64,000 nucleotides of DNA, from positions 91,025 to 155,024 of the forward strand of contig JAZQYD010000058.1 in assembly GCA_045633405.1 (NCBI GenBank), given 5' to 3'. The notes under the pieces are model-generated. The model saw only the letters and a list, made by a program, of their open reading frames with translations, searched no databases and was not told where the DNA came from. The stretch is from Eubacteriales bacterium (GTDB taxonomy: Bacteria; Bacillota; Clostridia; Oscillospirales; CAG-272). The translations under genes and the position numbers were made by a program. This document shows, one piece after another, positions 1 to 9,911 of the stretch; the stretch's first letter is position 1, and every line of letters begins with the position of its first letter.

Positions 1-2585
1 ACCATCCAGTCGTATGCGAAGCGGATGTATTTCTCATCCTTAGTAATCTGGAATGCAAGTGCACAGGGCTCAAGAGCCGCTACAAGACATCCCTCACCGT
101 CGGAAAGAACGTTAAGACGTCCGCCCGCGGGGTCATATCCGCCGGAATCGGGATAAGGCATGATAGTTACGGAGTGGTTACCCGTAGGCTGGGTGGTATC
201 CCAGGATGCCATTCCCTGCGAGTTATACTTCCACTGACCTTCCTTAATACCTATGTAGTTACCGTCGTCATCGAGGATAGCATACTTCTTGAGGTAGGAA
301 TCAGCATACTCAACCTGAGTCTGGATGTACCAGATAAGCTCCTGGTCGAAGTACTCATCGCCGGGTGCGGAGTAGTAGGTATTGTGGAGCATATCGAAAC
401 GCTCCTGGTTGGTAAGGATGTAGGGGTGAGTGAAGTTGTTGGTGTTCTCCTTAGCGAGCTCATAGTATTCCTGATCGGTCATCTCATCAGCGACGAAGAG
501 GAATCTCTTAGCAGTCTCGTGCATGAACTCCTCGTTATCGTTTCTGTTGATGAATTCATCATACTCAGCGATGAAGAAGAGACCCGTCTCATCGTAGGTT
601 ACGTAGTAGCCGTTGAAGAGAGCCTCTATATCATCAAGGCCGATGTAGATAAGTCTGTTCTCACCGAAGGACTTAATGATAGGAGTAACGGAAAGCTTAT
701 AGGTCTGACCCTTAACCTCAGCGGTATTTCTACCGACTGCGATGGAGGTGTATTCACCGTTTACGAAGATATCGCACGCAAGGTTACCGGAGTGGTACTC
801 GTAGGGAGTAGAGGTATACTGAAGTATAGTCTCAAGGGGAAGCATTACCTTACCGTACTCGTTCTTGATAGGTCCGCCGTAAGCGACACCGTCCTCGTCG
901 GTAAAGACGTTAACTCTCTGACCCTTAAGAAGTACTCTGTCAGCACCGACCTTCATTACAAGTGCGGACTCAACGATCTCGGGGATCGTGGGCATCGCGG
1001 CACCGGAGTCAACTGCGAAGTCCTTAGTCCAGGTAGAGTTAACAAGCGAACCGTAGTTGTCATCGGGAAGGATGGCGAAATCGGTTGCAGAATAAAGCTG
1101 CATGTTATCGAGTCCCCACCAGTCTCCAACGTTACCGCCGCCGGATCTGCCGATACGGAGGTTCATAATGCCCTTAAGCTTTGCGTTGGAGGTTGAGAGA
1201 TATCTGATAGACTCAATGGGAGTGGGGTTATCACCGACGTATGCGGTGAACTTAATTGCTGTGGGGTCTCCGTTCTCGGGAACGTAGTCAAAGTCAATCT
1301 TGATAGCTACGTGGCACCATTCCTCGCCGATAGGTCCTGCGATCTGTCCGAGGACAGAGAGGTTACCGCCGGAGATGCCTGCGAGAGCGAAGGAGGATGT
1401 ATCGGGTGCGATCATCTCAACGAGGGTACCCGTAGTAGCACCGACAGAAGCCTTAACGTCGAACTCGAAGAAGGTCTGTCCTGTTTTCGGAACAGCGGAG
1501 GTAGCTACGATACGGATGAAGCCGTTCTGAGTGTTACGCTGTACCATCTGAAGGAAGTAGTTGTAGAAGCCTGAATCTCCCTTATTGATATCGGTAGCGT
1601 AGTCGGTAGCGATGGAGAAGTCATTCTCACGCTCTGCGTTAGAGGAGGTACCGTTGTTGTAACTCCAGCCCTCACTCCAGTATCTGTTATAGTGGATGAG
1701 TACGGAGTCATCACCGATGGGGAGACGCTCAAAGCTCGGCTGACCGGAAAGGAAGCTTCCGCCAACACCGCCGACACCCTGAAGGGTAACGTCGGGAGCC
1801 TTAGTGGAATCGATAGCGGAGCCGTAAGCTTTAGGATCAAGCTCGGTCGACTCGTCAACGCCGTAGTAAACCTTAACGTTATCGATGAAGTACTCATCGC
1901 CATCACGCTCGAAGCCGAAGAGGTTCTCCTGAGCACCGAAGTGAAGCTTGGATACACCGAACTCAGCGGGAGCCTTGTATACACGGGACTTAACTACGCT
2001 ATCGCCGTAGGTTACGGTTACGAGGTACTCATTGTCCTCGGCATCCTCTGCGGTTTCTGCGTAATCAAAATCAAATACGAACTTAATCGTTGTCCACTCA
2101 TCGGGAACGTCATCAACACGCTCGCCGAGGAGGTAGAGGGATCCTTCGTTCATGGTTACGATGTGGCTGAGAGTCTTGTTTGCTCCCTCGCCCTTACCCT
2201 CGAACATTACGATGCCTCCGATGTTGTTGCCTGCGGAAGCCTTGAAGTCCATCTCGAAGAAGAGCTTACCCTCAGAGGGGCTATCCTCGCCGAGAGGAAT
2301 TGCTACGTAGCCGCCCATGTCTCCCGAGGGAGCGAAGCGGAGGTAGTAATTATACCAGGATGCACTCATCTTGGTGTAGGTGAGATTGATATCAAGCTCG
2401 CCCTGGAAGTCGGAATTCATTCCGTTAGCGTAGGTCCATCCCTCTTCATAGGTTCTGTTATAGATAACCTTGAGGGGATCTTCTTCCTCTTCCTTTTCAG
2501 CAAGAGGAAAAACGGTAAAGACGGATAAAACGACGGAGAGTGCGAGTAGCAGGGATACAAGTCTTGCAAAAATACTTTTTTTCAT
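1..2585 (-). CDS. Large secreted heparinase II/III-like polysaccharide lyase, N-terminal part (runs off the window start)
   Basis: Absent from the ORF track because it is truncated. Manual translation from ATG at 2585 (RBS AAAGGAG): MKKSIFARLVSLLLALSVLSVFTVFPLA signal peptide; two repeated ConA/LamG-like modules (YNRTYEEGWTYANG / YNRYWSEGWSYNNG); copper-amine-oxidase-N-like stalk (ALVMKVGAD...VMLPLETIL); then HPYILTNQERF...YDPAGGRLNVLSDGEGCLVAALEPCALAFQITKDEKYIRFAYDWM, closely matching the 13792-19395 protein. Confidence 0.85.
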   Translation of the reverse strand, partial: MKKSIFARLVSLLLALSVVLSVFTVFPLAEKEEEEDPLKVIYNRTYEEGWTYANGMNSDFQGELDINLTYTKMSASWYNYYLRFAPSGDMGGYVAIPLGEDSPSEGKLFFEMDFKASAGNNIGGIVMFEGKGEGANKTLSHIVTMNEGSLYLLGERVDDVPDEWTTIKFVFDFDYAETAEDAEDNEYLVTVTYGDSVVKSRVYKAPAEFGVSKLHFGAQENLFGFERDGDEYFIDNVKVYYGVDESTELDPKAYGSAIDSTKAPDVTLQGVGGVGGSFLSGQPSFERLPIGDDSVLIHYNRYWSEGWSYNNGTSSNAERENDFSIATDYATDINKGDSGFYNYFLQMVQRNTQNGFIRIVATSAVPKTGQTFFEFDVKASVGATTGTLVEMIAPDTSSFALAGISGGNLSVLGQIAGPIGEEWCHVAIKIDFDYVPENGDPTAIKFTAYVGDNPTPIESIRYLSTSNAKLKGIMNLRIGRSGGGNVGDWWGLDNMQLYSATDFAILPDDNYGSLVNSTWTKDFAVDSGAAMPTIPEIVESALVMKVGADRVLLKGQRVNVFTDEDGVAYGGPIKNEYGKVMLPLETILQYTSTPYEYHSGNLACDIFVNGEYTSIAVGRNTAEVKGQTYKLSVTPIIKSFGENRLIYIGLDDIEALFNGYYVTYDETGLFFIAEYDEFINRNDNEEFMHETAKRFLFVADEMTDQEYYELAKENTNNFTHPYILTNQERFDMLHNTYYSAPGDEYFDQELIWYIQTQVEYADSYLKKYAILDDDGNYIGIKEGQWKYNSQGMASWDTTQPTGNHSVTIMPYPDSGGYDPAGGRLNVLSDGEGCLVAALEPCALAFQITKDEKYIRFAYDWM

Positions 2586-2605
2586 TTTTTTCTCCTTTCG
2601 TTTTA

Positions 2606-5600
2606 TTACTTAGCTATGCTGACTGCAAGAGTGATAATGCAGGCAGCTACTGTACAGGTGTTGGTAGAGGCCATTGAGTAATCGACGAGCTCTGCGATCT
2701 CAGCGTTCATGCTCTTGATACCGTTGTCATAAGCCTCGCAAGCAGCCTCAAGACGGGCTATGGAGTTCTTAACTCCGGCAACGTTCATCTCGAGCTTATC
2801 AAGGTAGCGGGATGCGGAAACGATGCAGGTGAGCATATCGGAGCCGATAGCATCAATGAGAGCAACCTCGATCATAAACTCGTTTGCATAAGCCTCAACG
2901 GCGTCGATCTCGACACATCTTGCAACGTAAATACCGATAGCATCCTGAGCGGAAGCATCGCTAACGTCCATCATGTAGTAGTACTCGGAAGCCTCGTCGA
3001 CTATTCTCTTCATAGTAGAGTAATCGATGGAGCCTATAAGACCCTTACAGATCTCAACGAATTCTACTGTGTTAGCCTTAAGGAGAGCCTCGTACTCTGC
3101 TCTGTTGCCCTTAAGCTCTTCAAGACGTGCATGAACCTCTTCGATGAGGAGATTCATTCTTTCACTGGCATCCTGAAGCTTATTCTCGATAATGTAATCC
3201 TCGAGCTTAATGCAGATACCGAGCTTCTCGAAATATTTATCGGATTTCTCAGCACGGTCAAGCTGCTCTTCAATATGCTCGATATACTTGAGCTGCATCT
3301 TAGCGTAGAAGTACTCGCTCATAGGCTCGAAGTCCTCTACTGCCTGTGCACCGTTCTTGTAGTAGGGATCGTAATTGCCCTCCTCTATGATGTTACGAGC
3401 CATAAGCACGTAGGTGAGAAGGTATTCATAGTTCTCATCCCAGGTCTCGGGAGCGTAGGAGCTTACGAATGCGATACAAGCGGTAAGACGCTTCGAGTTC
3501 TCGATGATGATCTTATCACGAAGCAAGTACTCCATATCGTCGTACTTAGCATACGCCTCATTGAACTTCGGGAAGCCGGAGGATGCAAGGGCGGGATCGA
3601 TAGACTTATAGAGGTCGGTAGCTCTCTTGAACGCCTCCTGCATGTTAGCAACGGACGCTGCTGCATAGAAGTCTGATACAGCACTTACGAACTGCGAGAG
3701 AGTAGCCTCCTCGGCAAGGTTTCTTCTTACGGTGTTAAGCTTAGCAACGCACTCGGAGAGAGCGGCGTTATCAAATATGTACGTACCGTATGCGGCGAGA
3801 GCGGCATCCGCACGCTCGAGCAAGTAGGTTCTGTCCACGGTGTTGGACTCGGTTCTAGGCATATCCGCTACCTTCTTAACAGCTGCGGTGAGCTCTGCGA
3901 GGTTGTAATCGGACAGATCCTGCAAAAGCTTCTCGTAACCGGAGGGAGTATCCTCATCGGGAGCGGTTCCATAGAACACAAGCTTATCTATTGCGGCGAT
4001 GGTTTCGGGGTTAGCCGTCTTATACTCACCGTCAAGATAGTAGTTTCCGAGTGCCTTAACAGCGGTATCGTAATAGGTCTTTCTTGCATAGAAGGAAAGT
4101 CCAAGGTTATCTATCTGGTTAACGTAGAATACGAACTTTTCCTCATCGGTATGAGTGGTAGAGAAATCAAGCTTACGGGGTGCGTGTCCCTGATATATCT
4201 GAAGGTTATCAATGTTGAATTCACCGTCAAGAACGTTTGCGGTAGTGTTGAATCTGAGGTGAGTGGGAGCTGCTACGTAGCCCTTAGAGGCGTGTGCTAC
4301 CGAGTAATCTGCGAGAACAAGCTCGTAGTCAACGTAGACGTCTATAAGGTTTGTATCGTAGTCGAGAACGATGGAAATGTGAGTCCACTCGCCCTTGGTT
4401 ATAGCGTTTTTGACAAGAACGTTATCCTTATTTGAACCCGCTACAATGTGACCGTCAGCGGTAATGGAGATCAGGACAGGCGTCCAGGTGGAGGAGTTAA
4501 CCTTCATGGAGCCTGCACTTACGTTGATAAGAGTGGTACCCGTAATGGGAAGATAGGAGAAGGTAGTGAAATCAAACTCAAATACAACGGATTGAGAGAT
4601 GTTGCTGACTGTAACAGCGGCACCCATCTGTTTTCCGGTAAGCTCGTACTTAACGGTGTAGTATCCGTTGTCGCCGTCCATACCTACGTCCTGACCGATG
4701 AAGCTGATAACGTCCTTCTGGGGACTGAGGTTATTCTCTGCGAGAAGTGCTCCGGTCTTGTTATTAGGGTTGGTTACTCCGTCGGAGGGAGTATAATCGT
4801 GGTTGGAGAGAGGTACCTTATCGAGATCAACAAGGTGGTTGAGCTTGTGAAGCTGCTCTCTCTTCGCTTCCATCTCGGAGCGGTATGCTCCAAGCTTAAG
4901 CTCGAACTCTGTATAGAACTCGTTGTAACCCTCTGCGTTAGTCGCGGGATGCTCCTTTATGAAGAGCGAAAGGATTCTGAGGTTTGCACCGAGATCGTAG
5001 AAGGCATCAAACTCAAGTGCGAAATACTGCTTTGCACAAACGAGATTGACAGCCTCAAGATCAGCTGTGAAGCCCTCACGAAGCTCGGGAGAGTAAGCTG
5101 CGACGTAAGCCATCAGGCTATTAAGCACTGCGTGTCTGTCATCGGCAGTAAGTCCGTCAACCTGTGCGGCTTCGAGATACTTCTCGGCGATATCAGCCTT
5201 AAGAGCCTCGACGGTCGTGAAGAGATTGTCATCTCCCTCGGAGTCATCGGTGACATCGTGATTAGCGAGGAAGCTCGTTAATAATAATAAGGAAGCTTCC
5301 TTATCCGCAGGCTCGGCTTTTCCGTTAGCCTCAGCAACGATATCCTTAGCGATCTGAAGCTTCTTGGCCTCAAACTTTTCAAGGAATGCATCGAGACCCT
5401 CTGCGGCGGGATCTATTGTATCGATGTAATCACGAACAGTATCGAGAGCACCGATCTTTTCCTTTAACGTGCCCTTAGTGTCTACGACACCAAGCTTCTG
5501 CTCAGCTCCTGACACAGTACCGGTGTACTCGGGCTCGGGTGCGGGCTCGTTTGCGAATACAGCAAGGGCAACAGCTGCAAGAAGCATTACTGCAATTATA

Positions 5601-5629
5601 ACGCCCAAAAAAATGCGTTTACCTTTCAT
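2606..5629 (-). CDS. Secreted/surface protein, 1007 aa, central LamG/ConA-like domain flanked by long helical regions
   Basis: N-terminal signal peptide; EWTHISIVLDYDTNLIDVYVD...FNIDNLQIY LamG-like motif; Ala/Glu/Lys/Leu-rich helical flanks; hydrophobic C-terminus. Confidence 0.7.
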   Translation of the reverse strand: MKGKRIFLGVIIAVMLLAAVALAVFANEPAPEPEYTGTVSGAEQKLGVVDTKGTLKEKIGALDTVRDYIDTIDPAAEGLDAFLEKFEAKKLQIAKDIVAEANGKAEPADKEASLLLLTSFLANHDVTDDSEGDDNLFTTVEALKADIAEKYLEAAQVDGLTADDRHAVLNSLMAYVAAYSPELREGFTADLEAVNLVCAKQYFALEFDAFYDLGANLRILSLFIKEHPATNAEGYNEFYTEFELKLGAYRSEMEAKREQLHKLNHLVDLDKVPLSNHDYTPSDGVTNPNNKTGALLAENNLSPQKDVISFIGQDVGMDGDNGYYTVKYELTGKQMGAAVTVSNISQSVVFEFDFTTFSYLPITGTTLINVSAGSMKVNSSTWTPVLISITADGHIVAGSNKDNVLVKNAITKGEWTHISIVLDYDTNLIDVYVDYELVLADYSVAHASKGYVAAPTHLRFNTTANVLDGEFNIDNLQIYQGHAPRKLDFSTTHTDEEKFVFYVNQIDNLGLSFYARKTYYDTAVKALGNYYLDGEYKTANPETIAAIDKLVFYGTAPDEDTPSGYEKLLQDLSDYNLAELTAAVKKVADMPRTESNTVDRTYLLERADAALAAYGTYIFDNAALSECVAKLNTVRRNLAEEATLSQFVSAVSDFYAAASVANMQEAFKRATDLYKSIDPALASSGFPKFNEAYAKYDDMEYLLRDKIIIENSKRLTACIAFVSSYAPETWDENYEYLLTYVLMARNIIEEGNYDPYYKNGAQAVEDFEPMSEYFYAKMQLKYIEHIEEQLDRAEKSDKYFEKLGICIKLEDYIIENKLQDASERMNLLIEEVHARLEELKGNRAEYEALLKANTVEFVEICKGLIGSIDYSTMKRIVDEASEYYYMMDVSDASAQDAIGIYVARCVEIDAVEAYANEFMIEVALIDAIGSDMLTCIVSASRYLDKLEMNVAGVKNSIARLEAACEAYDNGIKSMNAEIAELVDYSMASTNTCTVAACIITLAVSIAK

Positions 5630-5672
5630 TTGGATTCCTCCATCTTTATTTTAGCACTTTAACCGTGCAATA

Positions 5673-8600
5673 TTAACCGTTTGAGTTCTCTGCTTTTGCT
5701 ATCTGATAGCTCTTAGCAGAGAGAACGTAGGAATACAGTGCCTTCACGTATTCGGGAGCCGCGTTTCCGCCAAGCCCCTCGACGAAGTTAGCGAGTGAGT
5801 ATGCACCCGAGGCACTTACTGCCACGTTATCTATTTTTCCCGTGGCGGTAATAGTAATATTCTCGGAGAGGTTGTAAACAGTGTCTACCTCGTAAATTAC
5901 GTATTTCTTACAGTGGTAGTAGCCGTTTATAATCTCATAATTCGTCTCGACCTTACTGTCACCCTCGCCGTAGCTGAAGGTCAGCGTTCCCGTGAAGCCC
6001 TCGTTGACGTAGAAGACGTAGTACGGCTTCTCGTTTATTGCGAAGGCGGCACCGTTAAGCACGTTTGTTGCAGTACCGAGATCAGCGGAGACTCCGGTAG
6101 GAGGAGTCGAGGTAAGACCCTTCTCCTTTGCCAAGGCAACGGCCTCCTTTGCATCCAGCTTAGCATTTTCTTCCGTTGAGAATCTATCCAGCATATGCTC
6201 TGCATAGACTAGGAAGTCGTAAGCCAGCTGCTTCTCTATGTCGACCGTCGCTTCGCTTTCTATCACGTCGGTCATATAGGATATAATTGATTTCTTTAAT
6301 ATGTAATCAACGTATCCCGAATCGGGATTGAATTTGATTCTGAAGGTCATTTCCTTCGCCGAGGAGGTGAGCTTGATATCACCTACCGAGTAGCGAGTAT
6401 AACCGTCAGCCTGCTTCGTACCGTCGAGCTTGGTAGCACCGTAATAAACGCCGGTTACGTAGCTGTCTGTGGGGATAAAGAGATTGTAGGTGAGAGACTC
6501 ATATGCAGAAACGCTCTGCTTCATACCGAGGCTCTCAACGTATTTGGTAGGATCGCCTATATTGGTTACGAATGCCTCACCGCCGTTGGGAACGAGATCG
6601 ATATATGCATACGTTACACCGTTCTCGATGAAGGCGTATGCCGTCTTCTCTTCTCCGCCCGCCTGGGAGTATACTACTCTGCCCCAGGTCTCGGGAAGCT
6701 CTACCTTAACGGTAAGAGGCATATTGAAGACGTCGGGAGTGAGAGGAAGACCGTCCTCGGTCATATCGTCCATCGTTACCTCAACGTACATACCGTCGAA
6801 GGTCATATACGCGGTAGCTTTGGAATTCTGTCTTTCTCTTATGTATTTGGTAGCCTCGCTCAACGTTGCAACCCAGAGCTTGTTCTGATCCTGAAGCCTC
6901 TGCATCACAGCCATAATCTGTCCGAGGTCCTCTACCGTGATATCAAGGTTCTCACCGGGCACTATGCCGTGAGCCGTAGCTACGAACCATCCGCCATCCT
7001 TAACGCACTGGTTAAGGTAGCCTACGATATTCTCAACAGTGAGAACTGCATAATTCTCAACGGGAGCTCCTCCGTTAAGATCGGGGTTACTCGGATTTGC
7101 CTTCTCGCCCATCATTCTGACACCGAGAAGCTGATACCAGTCGCCTGCCTTGTAGCCGATAGCGGGATCGAGCGACTGAACCTTACCCTGATAGCCGCTG
7201 TACGTAAGAACGCACACACCGCCTCTCGAGGAGTAGAAGCTCTTATTAAGCTCGGCATAGGCCTCCTTCGAATAGCTCGAATAAGGGATACCGAAGCTGA
7301 GAGTATCATAATTCGGGAACCATCTCTGAAGATCGTGAAGCGAGCCCGTGATCTCATCCGCTATATTCTCGGGAGTTTGATTTTTAGCATGCTCCTCAGG
7401 AGTCACACCGCTCGGGGGATTGGGAGTCAGATATTCGTGATTTGAGGAGTGGCTCTCGGGTGCAACGTAGCCCTCGGCAAACAACTGATTCCACATTGCC
7501 TGATTGGATGCATCGATCCTATCGGTGATGAGCATCAGAGAAGCCTTACAGTTGTACTGCTTACAAAGCTCGTTAACCTCGTATGCGGTCTTAACCTTTC
7601 CGTCGTCGAAGGTCAGAGAAGCGATAGCGTTTGCACCGCCCTTAACCTTAGTGAGAGTCGCCTTAACGGGAGTTTTCGCAATCTCCTCGTCAGCGTTGGT
7701 GATCGATACTCTGCCGCTGTTGGGAACAACGTCGACGTAAGCATAGGTCGTACCCGACCGCTTGAAGGACTTAACGATGGTCTCAACACCGTTCTGGCGG
7801 AATCTTACGTTCTCCCATCCATCGGGAATAACGACCTTGACCGTCAGGGGCATATTAAAGATGCTCTCGGTAAGAGGAAGTCCGCCGGGAGTTCTCTCTG
7901 CCATCTCGACCTCAACGAACATAGCCTCGGAGGTTCTGTACTGCTTAACCGTGGAGGACTCATACTCACGGAGATATCTCGTAGCATCCGAGAAGGTTGC
8001 TACCCAAAGGTCGCCGGAGTCCTGATAAGCCTTCAATGCCTTCATAAGAACCTCGAGGTTCTCTACGGAGATATCGTAGTTTCCTCCGTTAGGATCGAAG
8101 TTATGGCATCCGGTGAAGAACCATCCGCCCTGCTGTACGCAGGCATCAAGGTAAGCGATAAGGCTGCCGTCTGCAATCTTGCTGTCCTTAAGCCACATAT
8201 TGGAGAGATTGTACCATCCTCCGCCCTCAATGCTCTCGGCAGGGGTAAGAGACTGTATATTTGTTAAGGATGCAGTGGAGTTCTTGTATCTCGCCGCGTA
8301 GTAAGTACTCATCATAGCGGCCTCGGCATCCTTCGAGTAGTTGCCTCCGGGTACCGCCATCGAGATGGGATACTGGTTCGGGAATTTATTTCTCAGGTAG
8401 TTGTAGGAATCAACGACCTCTCTCGCAATGTTTTCCTCAGTGTTATTCACAGCGTTCTCACCGTCATCGTGCATATAAAGGTGAGTGTACGAGTGACTGA
8501 GAATATCGACGTATCCGTCCTTCGAGAACTCTCTAAGCTGGCTTACGCTCGAGTAAGAGCCCTGCGAGGTCTCCGCTCTCTCTGGCACTACCATCAGGGA

Positions 8601-8828
8601 AGCCTTGAGGTCATACTGCTTAAGAAGAGTGTAGAGTGCCATGCTGGTGTTGTGCACACCGTCGTCGAAGGTCATGGTGGCGATAGCACTTGCTCCGCCC
8701 TTGACGTTCATGATCTCTGCATTGTAGGTTTGGATAACCTCATCCTTATTATCGGCGGCAAAGGTGGGAATGATCATCATTTGAAGACAAAGTGAGATAA
8801 CGATCAAGAGAGTTATAAGCTTTTTCAT
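5673..8828 (-). CDS. Secreted tandem polysaccharide deacetylase (two CE4/NodB domains) with C-terminal duplicated module
   Basis: Start reassigned to ATG 8828 (MKKLITLL, RBS GGAGG). Two copies of TFDDG plus SHSxxH (SHSYTH, SHSSNH), each followed by LWVAT(F/L)S(D/E)AT(R/K)Y and a beta domain. Confidence 0.85.
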   Translation of the reverse strand: MKKLITLLIVISLCLQMMIIPTFAADNKDEVIQTYNAEIMNVKGGASAIATMTFDDGVHNTSMALYTLLKQYDLKASLMVVPERAETSQGSYSSVSQLREFSKDGYVDILSHSYTHLYMHDDGENAVNNTEENIAREVVDSYNYLRNKFPNQYPISMAVPGGNYSKDAEAAMMSTYYAARYKNSTASLTNIQSLTPAESIEGGGWYNLSNMWLKDSKIADGSLIAYLDACVQQGGWFFTGCHNFDPNGGNYDISVENLEVLMKALKAYQDSGDLWVATFSDATRYLREYESSTVKQYRTSEAMFVEVEMAERTPGGLPLTESIFNMPLTVKVVIPDGWENVRFRQNGVETIVKSFKRSGTTYAYVDVVPNSGRVSITNADEEIAKTPVKATLTKVKGGANAIASLTFDDGKVKTAYEVNELCKQYNCKASLMLITDRIDASNQAMWNQLFAEGYVAPESHSSNHEYLTPNPPSGVTPEEHAKNQTPENIADEITGSLHDLQRWFPNYDTLSFGIPYSSYSKEAYAELNKSFYSSRGGVCVLTYSGYQGKVQSLDPAIGYKAGDWYQLLGVRMMGEKANPSNPDLNGGAPVENYAVLTVENIVGYLNQCVKDGGWFVATAHGIVPGENLDITVEDLGQIMAVMQRLQDQNKLWVATLSEATKYIRERQNSKATAYMTFDGMYVEVTMDDMTEDGLPLTPDVFNMPLTVKVELPETWGRVVYSQAGGEEKTAYAFIENGVTYAYIDLVPNGGEAFVTNIGDPTKYVESLGMKQSVSAYESLTYNLFIPTDSYVTGVYYGATKLDGTKQADGYTRYSVGDIKLTSSAKEMTFRIKFNPDSGYVDYILKKSIISYMTDVIESEATVDIEKQLAYDFLVYAEHMLDRFSTEENAKLDAKEAVALAKEKGLTSTPPTGVSADLGTATNVLNGAAFAINEKPYYVFYVNEGFTGTLTFSYGEGDSKVETNYEIINGYYHCKKYVIYEVDTVYNLSENITITATGKIDNVAVSASGAYSLANFVEGLGGNAAPEYVKALYSYVLSAKSYQIAKAENSNG

Positions 8829-8850
8829 TTTCAATCCTCCTTTACCGTAA

Positions 8851-9501
8851 TCAGTTCGTACCGAACTCATGCTTGTCGGTTATGTTCTCAACCGAGGGAT
8901 CATCGGTCCAGACCTTCATCGTAGCACCGCAGGAGTCACAGATGTAGTCGCCGTGAGAGTCGTAATGCTTACGCTTAGGTCCAAACTCGAAGGTATCCTC
9001 GTAAATGTAATCACAGTCGGGACACGAATAATAATAGAGAGGACCGTGATCACAGGTCGAGGGAGCGGCGTAGGTCTGTACGTCGGCAAACTCCTGTCTC
9101 TTGTGAGCGGTAGTGTTTCCTGCCTCGAAGGTATCGGTACCGGTCTTACCGCAGTAAGTACAGGACGTATTGAATACCGCAGGCTTAGAGCAGGTTGCTC
9201 CCGATACAAGGTACTGGATGTCCGCATACTCAACGTAGAGATGGTCGGTTGTTGTGCCCGATTTGAAGGGCTTACCGCCCTTGGCACCGCAATGCTTACA
9301 TTTCTGATCGTAGACTGCGGCGTCCTTACATGTGGCGGGAGATTTCAGATATTCATCATCAACCACGTCTTCCCATTCGTGAGAGCAATTGGTGCTGCCC
9401 GTATTATTGTTATTGTCACCCTCATTGCCCTTGTCACCGCAAGCAACAAGCACAGAGAAGGATAACAGCAAAATCAACGTAAATAGCAAAGCTTTTTTCA
9501 T
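8851..9501 (-). CDS. Lipoprotein with Cys/His-rich repeats
   Basis: Lipobox LVAC; three H-x(12-14)-(A/S)TC-x9-CxxC repeats and a final HYD...ICDSCG. Confidence 0.8.
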   Translation of the reverse strand: MKKALLFTLILLLSFSVLVACGDKGNEGDNNNNTGSTNCSHEWEDVVDDEYLKSPATCKDAAVYDQKCKHCGAKGGKPFKSGTTTDHLYVEYADIQYLVSGATCSKPAVFNTSCTYCGKTGTDTFEAGNTTAHKRQEFADVQTYAAPSTCDHGPLYYYSCPDCDYIYEDTFEFGPKRKHYDSHGDYICDSCGATMKVWTDDPSVENITDKHEFGTN

Positions 9502-9554
9502 CGTTTTACCAGCCTTTCCTCTTTATATAAAGAAAAATAAATTTCGATATAAAC

Positions 9555-9583
9555 ATTTTACCATATGAAATTAAATTTGTAAA
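9555..9583 (-). promoter_or_regulatory. sigma-A promoter for the 9501->1 operon
   Basis: Minus strand TTTACA-17 nt-TAAAAT with extended TG. Confidence 0.6.
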
Positions 9584-9593
9584 TAAAGAATAA

Positions 9594-9618
9594 TGACATA
9601 CTTTAAGCAAATATGTCT
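9594..9618. promoter_or_regulatory. Candidate operator, inverted repeat (A/T)GACA-N15-TGTCT
   Basis: TGACATACTTTAAGCAAATATGTCT, 10 nt upstream of the -35; same position as the similar site at 19469-19494. Confidence 0.4.
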
Positions 9619-9911
9619 ATTTTTCTAATAGTAAATTAAACCTTGTTTATGTTGCACAATTACTCACGAATAAGTTCTCCAAACAAAAACGAAAAAACGC
9701 GTTTTTCTACGTTTTGAACAAAATTATATTTTCAATTTTATTCATTTTTCACATGGTCTATAATGCCACCAAGGTTTAATAAAAGGACAGTAAATGAATT
9801 TTTTATGACAATTTATTGAAATCCCTTGAATTTTTTTCAAACTTGTGCTATCATCTTTAAATGGCATCCGAGTGATGAACCGAAGACCGAAAGAAAGGAG
9901 AGGCAAGTGAT

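Noticed and set aside
174..2528. Plus-strand ORFs of 340 and 278 aa
   Set aside because: Antisense shadows of the truncated minus-strand lyase gene; no RBS or recognisable motifs.
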